This document shows positions 26,245 through 39,262 of a stretch of 64,000 nt of DNA, piece after piece. The notes beneath the pieces are model-generated. The model ran no database searches and had not been told where the DNA came from. It was given only the letters and a program-made list of their open reading frames with translations. Location: NCBI RefSeq assembly GCF_963921235.1, contig NC_086102.1, positions 44,330,001 to 44,394,000 on the forward strand, written 5' to 3'. The translations under genes were made by a program, and so were the position numbers. Position 1 is the stretch's first letter; each line of letters starts with the position of its first letter. This DNA comes from Mobula hypostoma (Eukaryota).

Positions 26245-28262
26245 AGAAAGTATGCTCTTGTCAGGATTAAAGGCAAAGTGAGTAAGAATAAGGATCCTTG
26301 GTTCTCGAGGAATATTGGAAAGAAGAAGAGAGAGATGTATGACATGTATAGGAAACAGGGAGCAAATAAGGTGCTTGAGGAATATAAAAAATGCAAAAAA
26401 ATGCTTAAGAAAGAAATCAGGAGGGCTAAAAGAAGACATGAGGTTCCTTTGGCAGTCAAGGTGAAGGATAATCCAAAGAGCTTCTACAGGTATATTAAGA
26501 GCAAAAGGGTAGTAAGGGATTAAATTGGTCCTCTTGAAAATCAGAGTGGTCGGCTATGTATGGAACCAAAAGAAATGGGGGAGATCTTTAAATAGGTTTT
26601 TTGTGTCTGTATTTACTAAGGAAACTGGCATGGAGTCAATAGAAATAGGCAAACAAGTAGTGAGGTCATGGAACCTATACAAATTGCTTGCTATCTTGAG
26701 GCAAATCAGGGTAGATAAATCCCCAGGACCTGACAGGGTATTCCCTTGGACTTTGAAGGAGACTAGTGTTGAAATTGCAGGGGCCCTGGCAGATATATTT
26801 AAAATGTCGCTATCTACGGGTGAGGTGCCGTAGGATTGGAGGATAGCTCATGTTGTTCCCTTGTTTAAAGTAATCCGGGAAATTATAGGCCGGTAAGTTT
26901 GACGTCGATAGTAGGTAAATTATTGGAAGGAGTACTAAGAGATAGGATCTACAAGTATTTGGATAGACGAGGACTTATTAGGGAGAATCAACATGGCTTT
27001 GTGAGTGGTAGGTCATGTTTAACAAATCTATTAAGTGTTTTTCAAGGGGGGTTACCAGGAAAGTAGATGTAGGCAAGGCAGTGGATGTTGTCTACATGGA
27101 CTTCAGTAAGGCCTTTGACAAGGTCCCGCATGGGAGATTAGTTAGGAAGATTCAGTCACTAGGTATACATGGTGAGGTAGTAAATTGGATTAGACATTGG
27201 CTCAATGGGAGAAGCCAGAGAGTGGTAGTGGAGGATTGCTTCTCTGAGTGGAGGCCTGTGACTAGTGGTGTGCCACAGGGATCAGTGCTGGGTGCATTGT
27301 TATTTGTCATCTATATCAATGATCTGGATGATAATGTGGTAAATTGGATCAGCAAATTTGCTGATGATACAAAGATTGGAGGAATAGTGGACAGTGAGGA
27401 AGGTTTTCAAAGCTTGCAGAGGGATTTGGACCAGCTGGAAAAATGGGCTGAAAAATGGCAGATGGAGATTAATACAGACAAGTGTGAGGTATTGCACGTT
27501 GGAAGGACAAACCAAGGTAGAACATACAGGGTTAATGGTAAGGCACTGAGGACTGCAGTAGAACAGAGGGATCTGGGAATACAGATACAAAATTCCCTAA
27601 AGGTGGCATCACAGGTAGATAGGGTTATAAAGAGAGCTTTTGGTACATTGGCCTTTATAAATCAAAGTATTGAGTATAGGAGTTGGAATGTTAGGGCGAG
27701 GTTGGTGACATTGGTGAGGCCGAATTTTGAGTATTGTGTGCAGTTTTGGGCACCTAATTACAGGAAGGATACTAATAAGGTTGAAAGAGTGCAGAGAAGG
27801 TTTACGAGGATATGGCCGGGGCTTGAGAAACTGAGTTACAGAGAAAGGTTGAATAGGTTAGGACTTTATTCCCTGGAGCGTAGAAGAATGAGGGGACATT
27901 TGATAGAGGTATATAAAATTATAATGGGTATAGACAGAGTGAATGCAAGCAGGCTTTTTCCACTGAAGCTAGGGGAAAAAAAAAGAGGACATGGGTGAAG
28001 GGGGAAAAGTTTAAAGGGAACATGGGGGGGGGGGCTCCTTCACAGAGAGTGGTGGGAGTGTGGAATGAGCTGCCAGATAAAGTGGTAAATGCAGGCTCAC
28101 TTTTAACATTTAAGAAAAACTTGGACAGGTACATGAATGAGAGATGTATGGAGGGATATGATCCAGGTGCAGGTCAGTGGGACTAGGCAGAAAAATGGTT
28201 CGGCACAGCTAAGAAGGGCCAAAAGGCCTGTTTCTGTGCTGTAATGTTTCTATGGTTTCTAT
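26245..28262 (+). mobile_element. CR1 LINE RT region to 3' tail
   Basis: 327-aa ORF 27015-27998 with DFSKAFDKVPH, GVPQGSVLG, KFADDTK; tail tgtaatgtttctatggtttctat. Confidence 0.93.
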
Positions 28263-28611
28263 TTGAATGTTCCCATTTTTTGCTTTGTGTTTGATAATCC
28301 ATTCTCAGTGTACAAGTCCCAACATGTCTTCTAACCTGGATAAACAACCTACCAAAAGTGACTTTATTGAAAGTGGTCAGAAAATGTCAATGCAACACTT
28401 TGTTGTGAACTCCATTTAGCAAAAAAAGGTTGACATGGGCTCACTTTCAAGAATAATCAGGCTTTAGTGCTCTGAACTCTGACCACCATTCCCAGAGTGT
28501 CACTTTTATATAATAGTGAGCCAGCAGGCTCTCCCTTTGCTTATTCAGGCCATGGCAATATTGATTTTGATTTATCCTTTGAAGACAAATTACCATAAAA
28601 CAATGCCTTAC

Positions 28612-29019
28612 CAGTAGCTTTTACATTCACAGTCGTTCTGTCAGTGCGTTTGGAGGCTATGGTGTACCAGGACTTATCTGGATCTTGGATCCACTGCCTT
28701 GCCTCACAGTAGAAATCCCCTTGATCAGATGCTTGCAGTCTGTAGATGGTGAGTTTGAAGGAATTGGCTCCCAACTTGTCCAGCCGTACATCACCTGATG
28801 CGTGTCTTTGCTTGTACGACTCTCCAGAGCGTAGAATGAAATCTCGTGTTAGAGATATGACTTTGAGACTGTGATCTCCCTTTTGTAGGTACCACGTGAT
28901 GGCCATATGCGTGTGGTATGGTGTTTGTTCAGACACTTCACAGACCAGTTCCAGTGAGTCTCCTTCTACTTTATTCAGAGTCTTGGGCACAGATATGGCA
29001 CTGAGCGTGTCTGGAATAA
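28612..29019 (-). CDS. IGSF3: IGSF3-like (EWI family) internal exon, Ig domain 2
   Basis: Acceptor ttctgtattatccttttctag|TTATTCCAGAC and donor GCTACTG|gtaagg; 408 nt, phase 1/1. Translation (V)IPDTLSAISVPKTLNKVEGDSLELVCEV...W...DQGDFYCEARQWIQDPDKSWY parallels IGSF3 D2 (IPDSLQTTAMPQTL...DQGEFYCEAAEWIQDPDGSWY, recalled). Confidence 0.93.
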
Positions 29020-29114
29020 CTAGAAAAGGATAATACAGAAATTATCAATAGGGCATACCACAGGATATCGTTTATTAAAAGGGCTGTACAGGACTGAAGG
29101 ATAGATCAACTTCG

Positions 29115-29320
29115 GGCAATGCAGTGGCATTGTTGGCAGAGCTGCTGCCTCACACCGCCAGAGACCCAGGTTCAATTTTGATTTTGGGTGCTTTCAGTGT
29201 GGAGTTTTCATGCTCTCACTGTGCCTGCATAGATTTCCACCGGATGTTGCCTTTTCCCCAACATCACAAAGATGTGCAGGCTGGTTGGCCAACTGGCCAT
29301 TGCAGAATCTGGGACGGATT
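29115..29320 (+). mobile_element. V-type tRNA SINE (degraded)
   Basis: Head gctgcctcacaccgccagagacccaggttcaat; V-domain-like gtgtggagttttcatgctctc...acatcacaaagatgtgcagg. Confidence 0.6.
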
Positions 29321-29329
29321 GATGGGAAT

Positions 29330-29665
29330 AGAACACAGAACATTACAGCATTGTACACACATCCTTTCGGCTCAATGTCATTCTGATCTTTTAACTTCCT
29401 CCAAGATCAATCTAACCCAAACCTCCCACAAAGCTCTCTGCTTTTCCAACATCCACCTACCTAAGAGTCTTTTAAATGTCCCTAATATATCTGCCTCCTC
29501 CGCTACCCCTGGCTGTGCATTCCGCGTACCCACCATGAAAAACTTAGCTCTGATATCACCCTTATACTTTCCCTCAATCACCTTAAAATGATGGCCCTTC
29601 GTATGAGCCATTTTACCGCTGGGAAAATGTTCCTCTAGCTGTCCGCTCAATTTATGGCTTTAATC
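29330..29665 (-). mobile_element. CR1 3' fragment
   Basis: ORF 29378-29650 HTKGHHFKVIEGKYKGDIRAKFF. Confidence 0.7.
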
Positions 29666-31880
29666 GTCTCAGAATGTGGGGAGAAAAGAAATAAAAGGGT
29701 GATTAATGTAGCCGGGGGGACCTGCTGGGCAGAAGGGCATGTTTCCGTGGCTGACCTTGCTTTGACTCAGAATCATTTCAGTGATAGGTTAAAATGTACT
29801 AGCATCATGACATTCGCTGTAGACTGAAAGAAACGTCCAGCTTGAGCAGCTCTTAAGTATGCTCAGTTTTGAACACTGGTTACAGAATTGATCCATTCTA
29901 AGGAGCTCCCCTCTTAAAGCAAGCCTTTAGGATTAAAGAACCACAAAAAAGCACACTGAAAAAAAGGATGAGATGAGATTTTGCATTATTCCGGAGCCAA
30001 CACCCAGAGCTATTTCAGCAGTGTCTTAGCTGCCTTCATTTAAAGCACTGTAAACATTTCAGTGTGAATGTTGACCTATTAATGCTTTGGTTTATCAGCA
30101 AGTACAGTACATTAACACCTTTTTTAAAATTAAGAGGATTTCAGATAAGTATATTCAACATTTATTTACCCATGTATCCTGCTTTAATTATGACACACAC
30201 ATTTAAGTAAACAAAAACAAGCAGAGCTATATGTCAACAGCAATCTTGCAGAAAATTTTGCTGTCCAACTTTTTGGATTTTCATTATGGACTTAAGATTT
30301 TAGTTTTCAGCTATTTTGTTTTAACAAGAATCTAAATTCGTTGGTATAAACAGTACCAATGATTAGCATGAGCCATGATGAACAAGTAGTTACATATTCT
30401 TTAGTTTGCACAGCTGAGGATACTTGGCTGTGTTCCACATAGGATGACAGGGCTTCTGGCTGGCATCAGCACATGAGTGCCTTGCCTAAAATCAGGGAGT
30501 TAATGCATTTAAACAGAAAATTCCAAATTAGAAACAGGATGTGAGAATTGCCAAAAAAATAGGCCTGAGCTGGGAGACCTGTGGCAGAAAGGGAAGATGT
30601 GGAAAATGATGAAGGTAGGCAAAGAACGAATCTAAAGCAGACCTTTGAAACCTGGTTAAAGGGGTTAGCATCCCAGAGAGTTGGAAGTGGTACCTGCCAG
30701 GAGAGGAGTGGGTTTCAGACTATGGCACCTGAGAATAAAGCACCAATGGTGTGGGTCTTTGCTTTGAGAGTCATTTCTTGTGAATGCAGCCCCTTGGTAA
30801 TTGGACGGAGGCAAAAGTAGCAACTAGCAGCATCACCACGATACCAAGGATGATTTTATCAGGACTGATAGTGCACAAAGTAGTTTACTAAATTTAGTAG
30901 GGCAGTAAGTAAATGTAACCAATCTCCAGTGGACCACCTTGACAACTTGCAGAAGGCCTCAGAGAAAATTCATCGCGTTCCATGCTATGTTGAGGTTTAG
31001 AATCATTGGGATTTCATAGAACATATTTTCCTTCACACACTGGGTGATTGCCTGTCACAGTCTGCTCTCTTTAACATTCCCTCACATCTTGCAATGCTTG
31101 CTAACCCTTTGAAGCTCATCTCCAATGTCCAAATATCTAACTATATCCTTCACTTCGCTGCCTACTGATAGTCAAATTAGATAGAACATCAAAAAGAGCT
31201 GCTGTTATTTCACACTTATGAATTATTCTTGCAGGAGAAATTGTGTGCATGTGTCAAAAAGCAATCGGTCACAGGTGGGCATCGTGTGGAGATCAAGCCT
31301 CGACCCAGTTACACAAAGAAGCTTTGCCTTTCCTGGGAGTCTTTCAAATCACAGTTAAAACCTGTCCCCTGTGAGCAAAAAACCAAGTTTCTATAGACAA
31401 GTTATTATATTGGAGGTGCTAGTTATAGAAAGAGAGAAGATTGTGTATAGAACTTGTGACTGAAATGTTGCAAAGGTAGCAAAACGTAACAGCAACAATC
31501 TGGTATGGCAACATTTTAGTTTGTTTCTTCAGAATCAAAGCTAATAGAATTAAAGCATGGAAATCATCTATCTGCCCTTCCAAATCTGGCAACAGCTTTT
31601 AACTCTACCAGCCGAAAGAAAATGATTTAAGATTATTCGTAGACCACGGGAATTCAGCAAAGTGATATTACTGTGTGGATATCAAGAAAATACCACCACT
31701 AAGTAAGATCAGCTCTAAGGCCTCTGTGAGGAAAAGCAAAAAGCCTTTGAGATAATTATGCATCTGGAGACACTCAATACTTGACTAGCATGGAAAAGAA
31801 GCCAAAGGTCATAAAAATGTTCCTTCTGAAAATGAAGCAGATGATCAGATGCAGCTAACGGAAATAACAACAGTTAATTT

Positions 31881-32187
31881 CATAGAAACATAGAAACATA
31901 GAAAATAGGTGCAGGAGTAGGCCATTCGGCCCTTCGAGCCTGCACCGCCATTTATTATGATCATGGCTGATCATCCAACTCAGAACCCCGCCCCAGCCTT
32001 CCCTCCATACCCCCTGACCCCTGTAGCCACAAGGGCCATATCTAACTCCCTCTTAAACATAGCCAATGAACTGGCCTCAACAGTTTCCTCTGGCAGAGAA
32101 TTCCACAGATTCACCACTCTCTGTGTGAAGAAGTTTTTCCTAATCTCGGTCCTAAAAGGCTTCCCCTCTATCCTCAAACTGTGACCC
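31881..32187 (-). mobile_element. CR1 3' end with (CATAGAAA)n tail
   Basis: Reversed tail catagaaacatagaaacatagaa; ORF GHSLRIEGKPFRTEIRKNFFTQRVVNLWNSLP. Confidence 0.88.
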
Positions 32188-33699
32188 AAAATGTACCTAA
32201 AATGTACCCACCCATTTCAGATATAGTCTAATGTTTGTTATCTTCATTTACCTGACCTTTCCCCCCAAAACTCAACAAAGCACAGTTGAGTGAATGTACA
32301 ACGAGGCAAATTAAATGGTAACATAATCCAAAATCGGCTCTTCAAAACATTACACAAAATCTGGCATCACAGTGTGTTGCATTTCTGACCATGAACCAAG
32401 ATGCTACTGCAGAGGATTGTAGCAGCTTAACAGGCAGGGGGTCTTCGGCCATTGCCCAAGCACCTGACGGAAGGGTCACTGAACAGTCTGGACACGTCTG
32501 TCAGCAATACCCTGGCTAAAGATGGGTGCACCAGAATTAGTTACTCAGTAACCTGTGGTCATCCACTATGGATGGAAGAATATTGTTAAAAAGGGAGAGA
32601 GTACAAAATACTGCTATGCAGAGGATCAGGATATCCTCGCACATGAATCACAGAAGGTCAGCATATAGGTGCAGCAAGTAATCTGGATGGGAAATGGAAC
32701 ATCAGCTTTTAAAGCAAAAAGGGGGTGCAGTATAAAAGTCTTGCTACAACTATGCAGCACTTTGGCAAGATCAATGTCTGGAATTGTTTCAACAGTTTTG
32801 GTTGTCTTATTTGAAGAGGCATAAACTTGCCCGGGAGTAACTAAACAATGCATAGGTTGACATGAAGAAAAATTCAGAAGATCGAGCCCAATGAGTTTCA
32901 GCACAACTGCCTCAACTTTTCTTACTCTATTAGCTGATGATTCAATACACAGGTAGAACAAATTTAATTGGAAATTGTAACTAAAAGTACTGAAATATGA
33001 AATAAGTAAAATAAACAGGTAAAACTTTGGAACTTTTTAAACTATTCTGCTTTGAATTTTTAATTCTTACTACAATCTTTTTATTTTCTGAAATAAGAAG
33101 TCCAATTCATTTCGAAAATGTATTGCTTTGATCAAAATGTACCTTTAGAAACAAATTCTCCCATTCATTTTTTTTAAATTCTGCAGGTAATAGAAGCTTT
33201 TGTGGACTGTAATTGCAAATATGTGGATCAAATTTCCATGAAAATAATTTAATCCTGCCTCAAATGAAGAGTGAGAGAATTAACTAGTAAAGTAGCACAA
33301 CAAAATAAGAATCGAAAGAAGTTTAAAAGAACAAATATAAATAATGCCAAGTATACATTGCATACTCGATTTATAAAACAGAAAAAATTTTAAAATCAGT
33401 AATGAGATCAGATTAGACCAAAGACCCAGACTATTATTCAGTCTTTGACATTGGCAAGAGTTTTAAAAATAATTTGAAGAAAATCATAAAAAATACCAGT
33501 CAAAATTACTAACTTTTAAAATAAGGGAAGTATTACTGACTTGTTGATTGGCAGTAATCGAAATGAAAACATGGATATATTATAACTTTTGTATTGTATA
33601 GTTATGTATGGTTGAAATAAGTCATGAAAGTGACATGGGGGGGGTAGGGGTGGATGGTCAATCTGACACTTTCTGAAATAAATTGTGCACCCAGACTTA

Positions 33700-36436
33700 A
33701 GACAAGGGCAAGGGCAGGAAGGGAAGTGGGCATATCATACCCTGCAGGTTCTCCTCCAAGTCACAAACCATCCTCAACTGGAAAGAGATGGCTTTTTAGA
33801 GCAGTTTATCGTTGAGCCTACAAGGGATTCAGCTATAGAGGATTGGGTGATATGTAATGAACTAGAAGCGATTAGGGATCTTAAGGTAAAAGAACCCTTA
33901 CGAACCAGTGATCGCTACATGATTGTGTTCAACTTGAGATTTGATAGGGAGAAAGTAAAGTCTGATGCAGCGGTATTTCAGTGGAGTAAGGGAAATTACA
34001 GTTGCATGAGAGAGGAGTTGGCCAAAGTAAACTGGAAGGTGCTTCTGGCAAGGATGTCAGCAGAGCAGCAATGGTGTGTGTTTCTGGGAAAATGAGGAAG
34101 GTGCAGGACATGTGTATTCCAAAAATGAAAAAAATACTCAAATGGTAAAATAGTACAACTGTGGCTGACAAGGGAAATCAAAGCTATTGTAAAAGCAAAA
34201 GAAAGGGCATACAACAAAGCAAAAATTAGTGGGAAGATAGAGGATTGGGAAGTTTTCAAAAATCTACAAAGAGCAACTAAAAAACTTGTTAGAAAAGGAA
34301 AAGAAGAAATATGAAAGCAAGCTAGCAAATAATATCAAAGTGGATTGTAAAAGTTTTTACAAGTATGTTAAAAATAAAAGAGAAATGAGAGTGGATATAG
34401 GACTGCTGGAAAATGAGGCAGGAGAAATAATAAGGGGGACAAAGAGATGGCTGATGAACTAAATGAGTATTTTGAGTCAGTCTTCACTGTGGAAGACCCT
34501 AGTAGTATATGCCTGATGTTGTAGTGTGTGAAGGAAGAGAAGAGGGTGCAGTTACTATTACAAGAGAGAAGGTGCTCAAAAAGCTGGAAGACCTAAAGGT
34601 ACATACGTTACCCGGACCAGATGAACTGCAATCTAGGGTTCTGAAAGAGTTAGCGTTAAGAGATTGTGGGGCATTGGCTTTCAAAAATTATTTGACTCTG
34701 GCATGGTGTCAGAGGACTGGAAAATTGCAAACATTACTCCACTCTTTACGAAAGGAGGAAGGCAGAAGAAAGGAAATTATAGACCAGTTAGCCTGATCTC
34801 AGTGGTTAGGAAGATGTTAGAGTCAATTGTTAAGGATGAGGTGATGGAGTACTTGGTGACACAGGACAAGATAGTACAAAGTCAGCATGGTTTCCTTCAG
34901 GGAAAATCCTGCCTGACAAACTTGTTGGAATTCTTTGAGGAGATTACAAATAGGGTAGATATAGGGGATGCAGTGGATGTTGTATATTTGGACTTTCATA
35001 AGGCCTTTGACAAGCTGCCACACGTGAGGCTACTTACCAAGTGAAGAGCCCATGATATTACAGGAAAGTTACTAAAATGGTTAGAGCATTGGCTGATTGG
35101 AAGGAAATGGGAATAAAAGGATCCTTTTCTGGTTGGCTGTCAGTGACTAGTGGTGTTCCGCAGGGGTTGGGACCAGTTCTTTTTATGTTGTATGTAAGTG
35201 ATTTAGATGATGGAATAGATGGCTTTGTTTCCAAGTTTGCAGATGATATGAAGATTGGTAGAGGGGCAGGTAGTGTTGAAGAAACAGGTAGGATGCAGAA
35301 GGACAATGCATGGTCATGCACTTTGGTAGTAGAAATAAACGTGTGGTCTATTTTCTAAACAGGGAGACTATCCAGGAATCTGAGGCACAGAGGGACTTGG
35401 GAGTCCTTGTGCAGAACACCCTGAAGGTTAACTTGCAGGTTGAGTCGGTAGTGAGGAAGGCAAATGCCACGTTAGCATTCATTTCAAGAGGTCCAGAATA
35501 CAAGAGCAAGGATGTGATGTTGAGGCTTTATAAGGCACTGATGAGGCCTCACCTTGAGTTTTGTGAACAGTTTTGGGCTCCTCATCTTAAAAAAGATGTG
35601 CTGGCATTGGAGAGGGTCCAGAGGAGGTTCACAAGGATGATTCCAGGAATGAAAAGATTATCATACGAGGAATGTTTGATGGCTCTGGGTCTGTACTCAC
35701 TGGAATTCAGAAAGATGAGGGAGGATCTCATTGAAACCTTTCAAATGTTGAAAGGCCTAGACAGAGTAGATGTAGTAAGGATATTTCCCATGGTGGGAGA
35801 GTCTAGGACAAGAGGGCACAGACTCAGGATAGAAGGGCGCCCTTTCAAAACAGAGATGTGGAGAAATTTCTTCAGCCAAAAGATGATGAATTTGTGGAAT
35901 TTTTTGCCACATGCAGCTGTGGAGGCCAGGTCACTGGGTGTACTTAAGGCAGAGATTGATAGGTTTTTGATTGGACATGGCATCAAAGGTTACAGGGATA
36001 AGGCTGGGAACTGGGGTTGAGGAGGAGATAGAACAAAAGGATCAGCCTGGGCCGGCTGGTGGCGCAATGACATCAGCGCCGAACCCGGGAGCGGAGGTTC
36101 CCGGGTTCGAAACCAGTCGCATCCGCTCCCGAGTACGCTTTCCATCCGTGCTAGGTTGAGTGTCGAGATCGCAATTTGACCTCGTAAAAATAAAAGGGAA
36201 AAATACTGTGAAAATGTCTGTGTGAGGAGTGGAGTGCCACACAGTCTCTCTCTCGCTCTGCGCCTTGTAACAGACATGAAAAGGACATCATCATCACGGA
36301 TGCACACACGCACACACAGAGACTCGCACGCACGCAGGTACACGCCAAAAAAAAAAGAAAAAAGGATCAGCCATGATTGAATGGTGGAGCAGATTCAATG
36401 GGCCAGATGGCCTAATTCTGCTCTTATGTCTTATGG
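33700..36436 (+). mobile_element. CR1 LINE (endonuclease C-terminus to 3' tail), interrupted by a SINE
   Basis: NYRPVSLISVV, DFHKAFDKLPH, KFADDMK, RPHLEFCEQFW; UTR resumes after 36372 and ends cttatgtcttatgg. Frameshifts and internal deletions. Confidence 0.92.
36048..36359 (+). mobile_element. Young poly(A)-tailed tRNA-derived SINE with 13-bp TSD
   Basis: A box tggcgcaatg, B box gggttcgaaacc, A-tail 36347-36359; TSD AAAAGGATCAGCC at 36035-36047 and 36360-36372; CpG-rich. Confidence 0.92.
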
Positions 36437-37198
36437 AAGACTCTCTCCATTCTTTCGTTCTCAAAGGGGCTCTATCCAGATCATCAGATCCTAAAACATC
36501 TTTAACTGGGCAACTGAGGAGTTTAAAGATGGTGGACAGACAGCAAGTACTGGCTATGCCAGCAACATCCAAATCCTGTGTACGACTAACAAAACCGTTC
36601 AGACATGCAGCACTCCAAGGGACGGTAACCCCTGAATTCCGCAAGCCTCATACAGTTGGCCCAAATGCCATCTAAAAGCACTAGGCTGACCTCTGTGGTC
36701 ACTGAATTATCACACTGAACCAAAGGAACCACTTATTTTAAAGTTATATTGCCTGATAGCTGGCAGATCGTGTTTGCTTTCAAAAAACTGGGGTGATTGG
36801 TAGGCATTCAGCATTGCTGGAAATGGAGAGAATCCTCTTGTGTCACACTCAGTAGAGTATTAATTCTAACCATCCTCATAATACCAATGACTCCCAAGGT
36901 AAAATTTCAACCCAGTCATTTCCAATACAACACAAAGAATAAAGCACCCCATTTAAGGATTGTTCTCAAAATATGTGAAACATCTGTGGCATTATTTCTC
37001 CACAGTGGAGTTTCTTTTGTTTATTGTGTTGCAATCAGTCAGTTGTAAAAGTAAGGTTCTTAATTTTTTTTTAGTTTTGTCTCCCTATTCTTAAGCAGAA
37101 ACAATATTTACCACAGTAAACAAAGAAAATTCAGACACCATGATAAAAAATCTGGAAAGGTAATTCAGGGGGAGAAATGAAAAGCAATTTAATATTCT

Positions 37199-37439
37199 GA
37201 AAAAAAAATGTACAGCTGGTACTATTTTGTTCTGATAATCTTTTTAAGTACATTTCCATCCTTTGTTCTTATTTATAAATATCCCATTGTTCATAGTTAC
37301 TCCTTTACACAGCAGTAAAAGAAAAAAAAATGTACAGCTGGTACTATTTTGTTCTGATAATCTTTTTAAGTACATTTCCATCCTTTGTTCTTATTTATAA
37401 ATATCCCATTGTTCATAGTTACTCTTTTACACAGCAGTA
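37199..37439. repeat. Tandem duplication, period 122 bp
   Basis: 37199-37317 and 37321-37439 are identical except for one base (tcctttac vs tcttttac). Confidence 0.95.
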
Positions 37440-38233
37440 TGTAGTTAGTTAGGAGACAACATTGATGAAAAGTCAGAATAAACAAAAATGGTAAGTTAAT
37501 GGCTAAAACAGAAGCCAAGAGAAAGAGAAGGAAAGTGGGAGTGATTTTTTTTAAGCACTGGAATACAAGAAATATATTAAAGACTTGTGCAACATCTTTT
37601 GTACTTGATCAAAAAAAATCACAGAAAATAACTGCAATGTTCCATCAGAAATTTGACTGATAGATCAATTTTCAATGTCTAAAGCATTATTGCCTTGAGA
37701 GGAATAAAATATCAATTTAAATTGACAATGTTCTACCAAGTGAGAAAATCATCCCAACCCTATTTGCAGTTCTCTTTATTCACCTGTTCTTTCAAATGCA
37801 GAACATGGGTACAATTTTTTGATCAAATGTTAATGGAAACATTCTCAGTACACCAGTAAAACAAGAAACCAATCTGCTGGAAGCACTCCGCAAGTCAAAC
37901 AGCATCTGCTGGAGGAAAGGAATCACTGATGATTTATGCCAAAATGCTGCAGGAAGAGCCCTCCTCAGTCTTGATATAGGGTTTCAGCCCAAAACTTCAA
38001 CAGTTCCTTTCCTCCTATGGACACCATCCAACCCACTGAGTTAGTTCTTCCAGTAGATTGATTAGTTGTTCCAGATTCCCACATATGCAGTCTCTAGTGA
38101 CTCCTCTGACTTCAGGTCTAAATTTAATATTGTGTTTATAATTAATTATTATCTGGCCTGTGATCAACCTGCAGTCAACTTGACAATTAAGATATTAAAA
38201 TCTTGCAATAACAAGCTAACACTGAAATTTAGA

Positions 38234-38435
38234 CAACACACACACAAAATGCTGGTGGAACGCAGCAGGCCAGACAGCATCCATAGGAAGAAGCACAGTC
38301 GACGTTTCAGGCTGAAACCCTTCGTCAGGTCCCTTGTGCTTCTTCCTATGGATGCTGTCTGGCCTGCTGTGTTCCACCAGCATTTTGTGTGTGTTGCTTG
38401 AATTTCCAGCATCTGCAGATTTCATGTTTGCGTAT
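38234..38435. mobile_element. Penelope-terminus foldback element with 11-bp TSD
   Basis: Inverted arms 38234-38297 and 38335-38396 (1 substitution, 1 CA-unit indel); TGAAATTTAGA at 38223-38233 and 38436-38446; hammerhead core in the loop. Confidence 0.85.
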
Positions 38436-38895
38436 TGAAATTTAGATTCAGGTTGAAAAAAAAAGTAGTGCTTTTATGCTTCTTGTCTCATGCACACCAC
38501 TATTTTCTCATCCTTAGCAAATTGCTGACATCTTCTATTCCTTCCTCAGCCTATAAGCATTTCATTCATCCCCATACATTTCAATTGATCAATGTGAGAA
38601 CTTGAATACAGCAAGCTCTCAAACTAAATCAGATAAATGACCATTGCTATGGGAATCAGTGTCGGCCAGGAGAGGCTCTAGTCTTCAAGAGGTACCAAGG
38701 AACTTTTTACTTTTATACACACAGATAACCAAAACCTCAGTTTAAGCTCTCATTTCAATGACAACACATAGGATTTGAAACCAGTCAACCAGTGACTGGA
38801 TACTGCCAGCCGCTTGTATTTAATTTTGCCCAGAGTAAGTGGGAAGTAAAATCTGGGAAGCTGCTGGTTAGAGTTTTTCCCCAGATGAATTTGGC

Positions 38896-38975
38896 CAGAG
38901 GTTCCGAACCTTTTTTTATACCATGGACCCCTACCATTAACCAACGGGTAGACCTGTAGACCCCTGGATTAGGCA
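38896..38975. mobile_element. Short hAT-like MITE remnant
   Basis: cagaggttccgaacctttttt...ccatggacccc...gacccctgg resembles CAGGGGTTCCCAAC-type hAT termini; right end decayed. Confidence 0.5.
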
Positions 38976-39015
38976 TTTATGAAATGAAACCCTCACTGAG
39001 AACTGGATAAAGTGC

Positions 39016-39262
39016 AGGACGGCTCGGTAGGATAGTGATCAACATAACACTACTACAGCACCAGCGACCCGGGTTCCATTCTGCTGCTGTCTCTAAGGAG
39101 ATTTATGTTTTCCACATGACCACACGGGTTTATTCCAGACACTCTGGTTTCCTTCCACATTCCAAAGACTTACAAGTTAGTAGGTTAACTGGTCACAAGG
39201 GTGTATCTGGATGGTATGACTTGTTGGGGCAGAAGCACCTGCTTCTGTGCTGTATCTCCAAA
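39016..39262 (+). mobile_element. V-type tRNA SINE
   Basis: Head ...cagcgacccgggttccattc; V-domain cactctggtttccttccacattccaaagac...ggttaactggtcac. Confidence 0.65.

Noticed and set aside
36048-36131. Possible tRNA gene
   Set aside because: A and B boxes are present, but they continue into a SINE body with A-tail and TSD; no cloverleaf or terminator.
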